From Callorhinchus milii (Eukaryota), in assembly GCF_018977255.1 (NCBI RefSeq), contig NW_024704742.1, forward strand, positions 39,620,001-39,684,000: DNA of 64,000 nucleotides, given 5' to 3'. Positions 1 through 10,249 of the stretch are shown piece after piece. The notes under the pieces were generated by a model. It worked only from the letters and a program-made list of their open reading frames with translations. It had not been told where the DNA came from and made no database searches. The position numbers were made by a program, and so were the translations under genes. The stretch's first letter is position 1, and every line of letters starts with the position of its first letter.

Positions 1-3000
1 AGGTGGTAACAATGCAATGTGGATAGTGAAACATAAACTTCCACTGCTGATTGGACTGCTAATGTGTGTTTAGGTGAGTCAGAATTACACTAAGTGGTAA
101 TCGAATGCTCCGCTTCACGAACCAAAAGTCCAATGCACATTCTGCTTCACCGGTGCAACTATTACACCAACAACAACTTACATTTGTATAGCACCTTTTA
201 TGATGGGAGGATATCCCAAAGTTACCACATCCCCCTCTTTCAATTTGGAGTGTTTGGGATGTGGGGAGAAGCCTCCAGCACCACCAGGATGAGTTGATGG
301 ATTAAGTAAGGTTAAGATTACTAAATTGAATGAAATAATAATTAATACACAGGTAATAACAAATCATAGTAATGCAAAATTGAGCCCAGGGTGGATGCAC
401 TGGAGCCCTAACCTCAGGCAATATGTCAGCAAAAGCTGACAGAATTGCTACTCACTCTTGAAATACCAGTGAGAGACTTGGTTATGATGCAGCCATACAG
501 AGAACTGCTTCATGAGGTTCACGAGTGAGGTTGCTGACAAGTTTTAAGGATGGTTTATCCTCACTGTGAGAACTATGTATAATAAATATAAGCTTTGTCC
601 TTTCAACATCCAAGAAATTGTCATGTAAGAACTCTCAAGACAACTGGTTTCCAGCTCACTCTCTATTTCTTAGTATTTCAACTTATTTGTCTGTTGTTTC
701 CATCAGGTTTTTTTTTCTCTCTGCACCACAATTATCTTGCTAAATAAATAAATAACTCCCAGCTTAACAGTCAGTTTACCATTAACAGTAGTGAGAAGAT
801 TCAAGTATCTTTCCTATCGTACGTACATTACGATCAGTCAAAATTAGATACTTCAATACACAGCACTTAGTTCGGATCCATGACTTTGTTTTTCGGTACA
901 GAAACTAGCACAGATAGGCAACAAAAAAAAGAAATAGAAACATTAGACAAAAGAACCTTAACTCAATTGATCCCAATGGGAATCAGGCCATAACAACTGA
1001 GTACCAGTGGCCCAATCAAACACAGTTTATTCTCTTCAACTGTGGTTTTTGTTATTGTATGAATAAGAATCTACCCAGGCACAGATGTACAAAGGCTCAG
1101 TGGCAGTGATACACAAACACAATGTCAATAGTCAAATGGGGTCCTTTATAACAGATTAATTATACTATTTTTTCTTGGAAAGTAGCAAACAATTCAATTA
1201 AAAAAATGGTTGAGTACATTTCCACAGTTTATTGGCATATCTTAATATTTTCAGTGACTAACACAAACATATTTGCTTGTAGTTCGATGCTTTCAATGAA
1301 ACATTTCATCATTGTTAAACAAAGAAAGGTGGTTGATAATCAAAGTAGAAATAATTTCCACATAAAATAAAAGACAATAGCTCAAAATATCTGTAAAACT
1401 CAGTGTCCTGGAACAATTATGTAAATGTGCAGTAAACTAAATACTGTGTTATTATCACAGCTTTGAGTGATGGAAACCACTAGAGTGGAAAATAATAGTT
1501 AGTCAAGCTCATAATGCAAAATACTAAAAGAGATGAGACATTAAGCTGCTGCACTTGTTATTGCTTCAGCTTTGAAACAATTAGTGAGTTGTTTGCATGG
1601 CAGATCTGCTTGAAGCAGGTAAGCAAGCAGATTCAGTTCATTGCTACAATTTGTATAGCACACATGTCTAACTCCTTGAACTTTAATGAACTGCAGCAGT
1701 GACTCCACAACTTCAGAGGGCCTTGAAGCAGAATCTATTGGTTAGTTAAAAACTTCATTGTAAGATCCAATATATTATGCTCCTTCCCTAGTTAATGGTA
1801 CAGATATTGCACAGATGCCATTTGTAGGTATTTGAAATGTTCGGATCTCATTTGAACACCACTCAGGTGTGTCATGCTATGAAAAAATAAGCTCTGTAAG
1901 TGGTATTAATGATGTCCCAGTGCAATGTGAGGCAAACATTCTTTTTTGCCCTGGTTGCTGTTTTTTTTAAAAAAAATTAATTGTATAATTTATAATTAAA
2001 ATATATTTTTAAAAATTAATTAAATTTAATGAAATAAAAAAATGTTGCTTTGCTTTGGGCAACATTTCTGCAATAAACTGAATAGTGGATATTCTCTCTT
2101 GTAGATACATTATTTTTTATATATATATATACCTGTTAACTTGTATTGTGATTCCAGATGTTTATATGATCTCCTATCTCATTTAAATAAGAATTTGGAA
2201 TAGGGAAGATTCAATAACAATAATGATTACATTTACATTTGATATATCTATTATGTTTAAATAATAATGATATAAATATTAATAATAATCTTTGCATTGA
2301 TGTAGCATCTGAAGAATGTCTCTAAGTGCTTCACAGAATGTACTGTAAAGTATATTAACTGTATTTGTTTGTAGGTGAACAAGGCAATGAGTTTGCGTGC
2401 ACCAATGTCCCATACACAACCATAATTATTTTTGTGGGGGGTATTGTTGGCCAGGACATCAGGAGATATTCTTTTCAAATAGTGTCATAGGATTTTTAAA
2501 GACTAGGCAGATGGGACCTTTGTTTAACATCTCATCCAAAGGACAGTACCTCCAACAATGCTGCACACCAGCAATGCATCACATTTAGATCTCTCAAGGT
2601 GCTTTTTTCTCCAGTGTAGAAACCATGTACTGGGTTTGCGTTGAGTGCAAACCCTGGACTGGCAGTATCTTTGGACAACCTACTGATATGAGAGACACTA
2701 CATAAATGTACATTTGTATTATATTGTAGTAACTGTGTATTTGTAGGTGAATGCAGCAACCAATTTGTGCTCAAGAATGTTTGAACAACAGCCATGAAGT
2801 GAATGACCAATTCTATCTGGGGGATTGTTGGCCAGGAAAGATTATATACTGAAATGTAGAACTATTTATTTCATAAATTAGAAGCAAATAGTAAGAGTGC
2901 TTAGGATTTCAATTCAATTGCTGTCTTCTTAACATATTTTTATGGTAGCTTACCATTTCATGGGAATATAATAATTCTTGCATTTGGTATAGAGCCTTAT

Positions 3001-3261
3001 TTTTTTGAAAGCATGTCTCAAAGTGCTTCACAGGATTCACTTTGAAATGGAGTCACTGTGTATTTCTAAGCAAATGTGGCAGCACAGTTCATGTAGCAAT
3101 GTTCAATAAACAGCCATGAAACAAATGACAAATTTTTATTTGGGGATTGTTGGCCAGGACAATGGAAGAAAGTCCCTTCTCTTTTCGAACATCGCCATAG
3201 GATCTTTAATGCCCACCTGTTCAGGTGGATGGGAACTTGGTTTAAAGTTTCATCTGAAAGA

Positions 3262-3640
3262 CAGAAGAACATAAGAAAATAAAAAATTTCTAGGCAAAAG
3301 AAGACCAAGGTCCATCTAGTTCGCTTTCCACCATCCTGGCAGTCACTTGACATGTCATGTCCCAAACTATACACCATATCCCAAGATATTATTTTCTAGC
3401 AGAAATCTATCTAATTTAATTTTGAAACAAATGACATTTTCTGCTTGAATTGTCTACCTAGGGAGCCTGTTCCATAAGTTTACTACTGGCTCACTGAAGT
3501 AGTGTTTCTGCAGATTTGTTCTGAATTTGCCCCCCTTCAGTCGTAGGTCTTGTCCTCTGGTTCTACTGTTCAGTACAAGATAAAAGAGCTTGTCATGGTC
3601 TACATTATCTATTCCCTACAAAATCTTAAAGACCAATAGA
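3262..3640 (-). mobile_element. CR1-like LINE 3' end inserted in a Deu-type SINE
   Basis: AACATAAGAA tail and decayed C-terminal ORF2-like sequence. SINE sequence lies on both sides (2970-3260, 3640-3778). Confidence 0.6.
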
Positions 3641-3869
3641 TGACACCTTTGACAATGCAGCACAACCCCATCACTGCTTTGGATTGTCATCCGACTTAGA
3701 CCATGCGAGTTCCAAGTCTTGATGTGGGACTTGAACCCACAACCTTCTCACTCAGAGGTGAGAGTGCTACCACTGAGATTTTACAATATCATATCTTATT
3801 CTATATATTCCCCCTCAACCTTTGCCTTTAAGTTCTGATTTCCTTCACTATCCTTGGCTTAGTCCCGGC

Positions 3870-4035
3870 TCAGGACCCTCCTCTTCGACCATGCCATCAG
3901 CCATGCCACTTCCCCTCCCCTCCCTTCTCCCCCGCTGACCCCAGCTCGGGTCTGAAATGCTGTACACTGTCAAGCGCCTTGGGACGTCTTCCCAACGTGA
4001 AAGGCGCTATACAAATGTAATATTGTTGTTGTTGT
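3870..4035 (+). mobile_element. Short L2 3' end (similar pieces at 6120-6270, 21310-21600, 24715-24920, 52445-52600, 60835-60895)
   Basis: CCCTCCTCTTCGACC...GGGACGTCTTCCCAACGTGAAAGGCGCTATACAAATG(TTG)n. Confidence 0.85.
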
Positions 4036-4631
4036 TCTCAACTTCCACTACCTATTGTGAAAGCAGAGTGTGTTTGAAGACTAATCCAGGGCATTCTTCG
4101 AATTTGAATGTAAATGCCATGCTCCATATATAGGGCCAAGTCAATGCTGCAAAGTTTCTCCCTCCCAAACAAATCCTTGGAAAACATTTGAAACCACAAA
4201 TGGGATTTTACTTTTGCCAAACACTAAATCTGCGTGCACTCTCACATCTGGCACTTTATATACTCACCCCTTTACATCTAAAATTGCATTCACATCTGCT
4301 ACTCTGCATACATCGTACATTTTCAGAAGTACTTATTTTAGATTTAGGTTAATGGCATGAAGATATTATTAACATCGTGCTAAAAGTTGCTATGAGAAAT
4401 GAAATGTGGCCTATGATTTTTAGCATGATGTATTAAATATCTTTCTTTAACGTGACCTAAAAAGTCAGAATGGCCGTCAGACAATTCTGGACACCAGCCA
4501 GTCTGCTGGAGTTAAAGCTAGAATTAAAAAAAACTTGTCAGGAACAATCTTCACTGTTGTAACTCCTCTAAATTTAGACTTTGGCTGGAAAGGTCTTTAA
4601 TTTGTGTAAGATTTTATTTACCCTTACCCTA

Positions 4632-4953
4632 GTGGAGTCCTGTAGCTCAGTGGTTAGAGCACTCGCTTTGCAAGCGAGAGACCTGAGTTCAATTCCAGGC
4701 AGGGCGAAACCTTGGGCAAGTTTCCTTACTCCACACAGAGCCTAATAATAATCCCTCCAAAAAACAAAACAATAATAAATTGGTCATTTTTAATCTACGA
4801 CTGTTTGTGGGACATTGCTGTCCGCAATTGGCTGCCGCGTTCGCCCACAAATATACAGTCAATTCACTTTACAGTGTGTTCTGTGAAGCGCTTTGGGACG
4901 TCCTCCCGACGTGAAAAGCGCTATATCAAATGCAAGGATTATTATTATTATTA
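4632..4953 (+). mobile_element. Young tRNA-Ala-derived SINE (short subfamily) with Deu-like body and L2-like tail
   Basis: Box A TAGCTCAGTGG, box B GAGTTCAATTCC, anticodon arm CTCGC-TTTGCAA-GCGAG (TGC). The 3' ~50 nt is shared with L2. Ends in (ATT)n. Confidence 0.92.
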
Positions 4954-5879
4954 GTGTGTCCAGAACAGCTTCCATCACAGATATCTGTCATTACACACTG
5001 CAATCACATGCTTATAAACATAAAGCATCAATGTATTTAAAGAGGAAAATTGACTTACTACTTACTTATTACTTACAATACAATACAGTTTACATTTATA
5101 CAGCGTCTTTCATGTCAGGTAACCTTCTCAAAGCGCTTAGCTATAGGAGGGGGAAAATATCAATGCAAAACAAATGCTTAATGTTCACACAATTTCCAAA
5201 GTTAGAAAAAGCATGTCTGTTTAGGATGGAACAACACACTGCAGTTTGAGGGTGAAATGGTTGAAAGTTCCTTGTTGCAAGAAGAATCTTTGTAAAAAAA
5301 ATACTGCATCATTCTGGGTCTGAAATTTTGTTTCTTTAGAAAAGGAGGAGATAATAATAATAATAATAACAATCTTTATGCTAATATAGTGTATTTCACA
5401 TCAAGATGAAGTCGAAAAGGGCTTCACAGAATTTACTGTAAAGTGTAGTGACTGCTTATATTGTAGGTGAAAGTGGAAACCAATTTGCATACAGCAATGC
5501 TCCATAAACAGCCATGAAGTGAATGACCAATTTTATTTTTTGCAATAATAGAAAATGCTAAAAATTGGATCTAAACTTTTGCAGAAAAATGGATAATGTA
5601 AGAGAACTTGGAATGTAACAAATTAATTAATGCATCCCAAATGTGGTCGTAACATTTGTCAGAGTTTGTGAGATTTTTGAGGGTTTAAATGTGCTGCACA
5701 AAAATACAGCTTTAGTCAGAGGTTCAATAGGTTAAAGAATTTGGTTCATTCACTTCAAAGTGTAGGTATTGTATATTATTATTTGACATGTAATCAAAGA
5801 GAATTTGATTTTAGATGTCTGGTGCGAGGAAATGTGTTTTCAACAAAATGAGTCTGCAGCTTTCAAAGTCTATTGACTT

Positions 5880-6330
5880 TAGGCAGAGGATATTACATTG
5901 TATTTGATATTTGTTTTCAGCTCGCTGACGTGCCTTGGGAATTTTATTTAGTAGGAAGAATTATATTCCTTTTCTGTAAGAGCTGTTGGCTATGCTTAGC
6001 CATTCCTTACAAGAACACAGGTTTCAAAGCCCTAAACAACGTGTTTAAAATGACTTTGGGATTTAAAAGAACTCAGGTTTAGTAGTTCATCTGATAATCT
6101 GAGATTTGGTGTTGACTCTACAACAACAACAACAAATTATATTTGTAAAGTGCCTTTCACGTCGGGAGGACGTCCCAAGGTGCTGGGCAGTCAGGGATTT
6201 GGACCCGAGCTGGGGGTTGAGATCAGGAGGCATGGGGGGCAGGGAGGGTATTGGTAGGAGGCAGGGAGGATAGGGTTAATATCATAGTACTTGAATCTTG
6301 TTTCATCGTCTTCAGAAGGACTCAAAATAT
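5880..6330 (-). pseudogene. Possible heavily decayed acidic/C-terminal part of the SOX4-like pseudogene (split by an L2 3' end at ~6120-6270)
   Basis: 6272-6323 reads SPSEDDETRFKYYDINP (cf. SSSDDEFEDDLLDLNP). ~6045-6092 reads DELLNLSSFKSQSHF. ~5880-5945 reads KFPRHVSELKTNI (cf. EFPDYCTPEVSEMI). Order and strand fit, similarity is weak. Confidence 0.35.
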
Positions 6331-6789
6331 ATAGAGAGGCTTTGTCACTTCAGAAGACCCTCCTTTAAATGTACAGAAATTCACAACTGTAGTTTAATTC
6401 TGCTCTATATGTCTGTTTATACAGTGGTGTCCAACCTGTAGGGTGGGGCCAGAAGTGGCCGTCAAGAAACAGCTTCCTGAACATTCACATGAGCCTTGTC
6501 ACGTCATTGAGACGTTTCAAAGCATTCACAGAATACATTGTAAAGTGGATTGACTATGTATTTTGTGGGCGAAACACAGCAGCCAATTGCGCACAGTAGT
6601 GTTCCACAAACCAAATTATAGTGACAAAATTATTATTATTGAATTCTTTTGATTGAATTTTTTTGGGGGGGTTATCACCCCTGGAAAGCAATCTGCCAAT
6701 TGACTAACAACCAAGTTCCTACTGAGCTCTAGGTAAACAGAGGCATGTGTGGAGTAAGAATTCCTGAACTGCACTGACAGTGCTTACAC

Positions 6790-7191
6790 CTCCCTAACCA
6801 GAGGCCATTCAATACAATCTGCTGCCCTGGGAGACCCCTCCTACCACCTCAGTGGTGAGGTCAATCACAGCTCACTGGGGGAGCTTTCGCTGGGTGAATC
6901 TGGAACCTTCACTCCTGCCCCCGCCCCCGCCTGTTAAACCTTTGAAGAAGCTGACCCTGTTGCTCGGTTCAGCTGATGACCTGAGGGTCATGTTGGCTGA
7001 CAGGATGGCTTTAGAGGTAGTGCCTGGCCCCCAAATAACTGCCTCTCTTTTAGTTTCTTATTTACAAGGCACTGAGAAGTAGGTCTTGGCTGCACTGTGT
7101 AAATTGAGTATAAATTTGTGATGCCAGAGTGCGGATGCTCCTGAGAAATCGGAGACTTGGAATTCGTACCCAAGATGATTCTGGGTGTTTA
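6790..7191 (-). pseudogene. SOX4-like: SOX4-like pseudogene, central fragment (resumes after L2 insertion)
   Basis: With frameshifts it reads PRIILGTNSKSPISQEHPHS...NKKLKERQLFGG...SAEPSNRVSFFKG. These are collinear with SOX4 motifs KPHAKLIL, DHHSLYK, EKKVKRVYLFGG and ADPSDPLGLYEE. It joins the 7620 fragment directly when L2 7192-7618 is removed. Confidence 0.75.
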
Positions 7192-7618
7192 CAGTTCAAG
7201 ATCCTGGTCCTCACCTTCAAAGCCCTCCATGGACTTGCTCCCCACTACCTCTGCGACTTCCTAACCCCCTACCATCCTGCTTGTTCCCTCCGCTCAGTGG
7301 GCTCCGGCCTGCTTTACATCCCCTGCCTCGCTCGCCCCACCTTGGCAGGCGGGCCTTCCGTCACTCTGCCCCCACTACTCTGGAACTCCATCCCACAGTC
7401 CCTCTACTTCGCTTGCTCCCTTGCCTCCTTCAAGACCCATCTCAAGATCCTCCTCTTCGACCGTGTTTTCGATCTCCCTGCTTCCCCCCCTGCCCTCCAC
7501 CCTCCCCGATCCCGACCCCCAGCTCGGGTCCGAAACTCTGTCTGTCCAATACCTTGGGACTTCCTCCCGACGTGAAAGGCTCTATACAAATGTAACTTTG
7601 TTTTTGTTGTTGTTGTTG
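7192..7618 (+). mobile_element. L2-clade LINE 3' fragment inserted in the SOX4-like pseudogene
   Basis: QFKILVLTFKALHGLAPHYLCD...LWNSIP...SFKTHLK, with a (GTT)n tail. Confidence 0.92.
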
Positions 7619-7619
7619 T

Positions 7620-7897
7620 ATTGCTGGATTTGTTAATGCTACTACTGCTGCTGCTCTTCATAGCTGAGAGTTTAAATGTTGATCTCTTCACTTTTCTCTT
7701 CGGGCTAATTGCTTGCACTTTTTGCCTTCTTTTTGGTCTGTACTTGATAATGCTTCAGTCACAGGCTATCAGCTTCTCGCATAAAAGGGATCTCATCACA
7801 GTTTTTCAATAATTTCTAACATTTACCCAGAAGCTTGGAGATCTCAGTGTTGTGCATGAGGCAGTGATTGTTCCATGATCTTCCTCCTCTCTATCTG
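7620..7897 (-). pseudogene. SOX4-like: SOX4-like (SoxC) pseudogene: HMG box and following Lys/Ser-rich segment
   Basis: Minus strand reads [11 protein letters not shown] [frameshift] [34 protein letters not shown] [MADYPD missing, frameshift] YKYRP [frameshift] KKAKSASN*PEEKSEEIN. Recalled SOX4: [66 protein letters not shown]...SKPGEKGDK. Stops fall at W (TGG>TAG) and R (CGA>TGA). Confidence 0.93.
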
Positions 7898-7904
7898 CTG
7901 CTGT

Positions 7905-8055
7905 TTAAATGATTATTTGGGGAGGACAAGTTTGCAGGGCTATGGGGAGAGAGCAGGGGAGTGGGATTGATTTGGATAACTCTTTTCAAACAGCCAACAT
8001 AGACATTGTGGGCCGAATGGCCTCCTTGTATGCTGAATAATTGTATGATTCTATA
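7905..8055 (+). mobile_element. CR1 3' UTR fragment abutting the 5' break of the SOX4-like HMG box
   Basis: CAGGGCTATGGGGAGAGAGCAGGGGAGTGGGA...GGGCCGAATGGCCTCCT...TATGATTCTAT is a typical CR1 3' end. Confidence 0.8.
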
Positions 8056-8303
8056 GATAAATCAGTGTATTTTCATGTTTTTCTCGATTGAATATTTCTT
8101 GATTTTTATGGAATAAATCAAGACTGTCCGACCATAAATCTTGCCACCAATGGTTTACAACATTAATGGAGAGAAAATAAATAAATAATCATAGCATTTG
8201 TTATGACCCTTTTCACATCAGGATGATGTCTCAAAGTGCTTCACTTTATTTACTATGTTGAAGGTGACGTCTTTTGGATGAGATGCAAAGTCCCATCTAT
8301 ACA

Positions 8304-8602
8304 AAACACAAAATACTGCAGATGCCGGAAATCTGAAAACAAAAACAAAAGTCACTGGGAACACTCAGCAGTTCAGGCAGCATCTATGGAGAAAGGAAAG
8401 TGAGTCAATATTTCGGGTCCATGACCCTTCATCAGAACTGGGGCTGTTGGGAGGCAGAGGCTTTTAAGGGCTATCAGAGAGGGGGAGGCAGAGTAAGGAA
8501 GACAAAGGAGAAAATGGGGTGGAGGACAGGGGATGATGAATGATGGTCCATTGATGCTGCCTGACCTGCTGAGTATTTCCAGCGACTTCTGTTTTTGTTC
8601 CA
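8304..8602. mobile_element. Non-autonomous Penelope-like terminal-repeat element with inverted ends and 9-bp TSD
   Basis: ATCTATACA at 8295-8303 and 8603-8611. Imperfect ~48-bp inverted repeat (8335-8383 vs 8553-8600) with GATGCTGCCTGACCTGCTGAG, a motif typical of shark Penelope-like ends. Confidence 0.75.
8403..8439 (-). ncRNA. Degenerate minimal hammerhead ribozyme motif (Penelope-type)
   Basis: AGTT-CTGATGA-A-GGGTC-ATG-GACCC-GAAA-TATT-GACT: both core boxes, perfect 5-bp stem II, and stem I AGTT/GACT. The stem III and cleavage region is altered. Confidence 0.65.
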
Positions 8603-8877
8603 ATCTATACATGTTCAATGGGCATTAAGCACCCCATGCACTTTTTGAAAAGAGAATGGAGTTTCTCCAGGTGTCCTGACCAATGATTCTCCCCAGATAA
8701 AATTGGTCATTTCACTTCATGGTTGTTCATGGGACATTGGCTATCACATTAGCTTACAAATTGTGCACACATTACATTTTGTAGTAAATCATGTGAATCT
8801 CTTTGAGTTGGTCTCTTGCCATGAAACGTGTTGTATGAAATACAAGGATTATTATTATTATCATGCTGATTTACATT

Positions 8878-9345
8878 TTTGGGAGCCAGTGAAGCCAGAT
8901 GAGGGTGGGGGTGATAGGCTCGCGGAGTCTCCAGCGGGAAAGGATATGGGCTCCAGAGTTCTGGATCATCTGCGGCTTGAATACAACAACAACAACAATA
9001 GAGAAGAATTGGGAAATCCAGCGAATAGAACATTGGCGTCATCTTGCCTGGATGTGATAAATACGTACAAGAGGGTCTCTGCAGCCTGGAGGGAGAGCCA
9101 GTGGCAGAAGCAGACAATATTTGGGAATTGGGGAAAACCTGAACATATGTGGTGCTTAAAGGACAGTTGGGAGTCAAACAAGATACTGAGTTTCCGCACT
9201 GGCTCTGCAATTGCAGGTTGATGCTGTCAGCACGTCAGGCGAGAAAGCGTTGACGGAAGCCAAGCAGCAGAGCGTCTGCTTTGTTGACATTCAACTGAAG
9301 AAAGTTAGAGCTCATCCAGGACTTGATGTCTGACAAGCAATCAAT
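8878..9345 (-). mobile_element. Older internal L2 ORF2 fragment
   Basis: LSILFDSQLSFKHHI...AAETLLYVFITSRQD.ANVLFAGFP. Confidence 0.8.
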
Positions 9346-10019
9346 CAGAACAGCAGTGGTCCTGGAATCAGGGCTGGAAAGTTTGGTCTCATCTGCTTTC
9401 CAAAACAAGTCCCAACTTTTTAAATGTCTTCACAGAAATAGAATCTCAGCACAATCTCCACCTTACCCTTGCCATGACTATAAGCTCCCTCAGTTTTCAA
9501 AACATATCATGTACAGTCCACATTTAACTGTAACAGAGCAGCAGTCCAACTCTGACAGGGTCTTCCCTGGTGTTTTAATTACACAGATCCCTCACCGAGT
9601 TCTGTTGATGATACAGCAGCATCATCGAACCGGTGATGGACAGTGTGACAGTGTGATAGAGAAGGGAAGAATCTGACAGAACAGCATAAACAGGACATCA
9701 CTGGGCCAGCATTTCACTCCTCATAAAAGGCAACCACGGGAGGCACAAATGACTTACAAAATCAAAGAAAGAGCACAGAAAGTGAATCATATAGACTGCA
9801 ATATCAGAGCTTAAATACTTAACAAAATAATAGAATTCAACATATTATTGCACTTAACAATTCAGCAGTGTTGGCTCTTCTGGAGTGCAGGGGTCATTGT
9901 AACAAACAGAATGGTAATATCCATGATTGACAGGAGTACCTCATTACCCAGACAATCTATTGTGTCCCACATCAGCAAGGTGAAAACTGTATTGAGTTTC
10001 TTCTATTTCTGACACTTAC

Positions 10020-10249
10020 TCACTGTATAAGACCTCGTCAGGTTCATAGTGTTACAATCTCTTCTGCGGATCTTGTTTTCTGTGACTTCAAATTGTATAA
10101 GACCATGCATTCCGACAGGTGAGCTGACTGTGAAGTACCCTGATTTTATCTTGACTGATGCAGACAGGAATTCCTTCAAGAGCTGCTTTAAGTCACTCAA
10201 GATTGTGTTAAAAGCAGCAGCTATCTGATACACCCTCAACTTCAGCAGG
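10020..10249 (-). CDS. Internal coding exon of an unidentified gene (LLKLRVYQIAAAFNTILSDLKQLLKEFLSASVKIKSGYFTVSSPVGMHGLIQFEVTENKIRRRDCNTMNLTRSYTV)
   Basis: Acceptor CTTTTCTATCATTGCCGTTAG| and donor |GTAAGT (exon end 10020) or |GTGAGT (end 10024). Open ~76-codon frame in non-repetitive sequence, entered after a phase-2 intron. Confidence 0.65.

Noticed and set aside
4634..4705. tRNA-Ala(TGC)-like sequence
   Set aside because: It lacks a proper acceptor stem, runs into a SINE body and recurs many times, so it is a SINE head.
7129..7718. Cluster of overlapping 100-200 aa ORFs (also 14192-15062 and 36852-37590)
   Set aside because: These are frames of GC-rich L2 3' fragments, not host genes. 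Only the first ~33 codons of ORF 7404-7718 fall in the SoxC relic.
8125..8170. Minus-strand TGTTGTAAACCATTGGTGGCAAGATTTATGGTC as the missing WCKT..G / FMVW start of the HMG box
   Set aside because: Short, needs large deletions, and sits ~70 bp away from the CR1 junction. Cannot be separated from chance.
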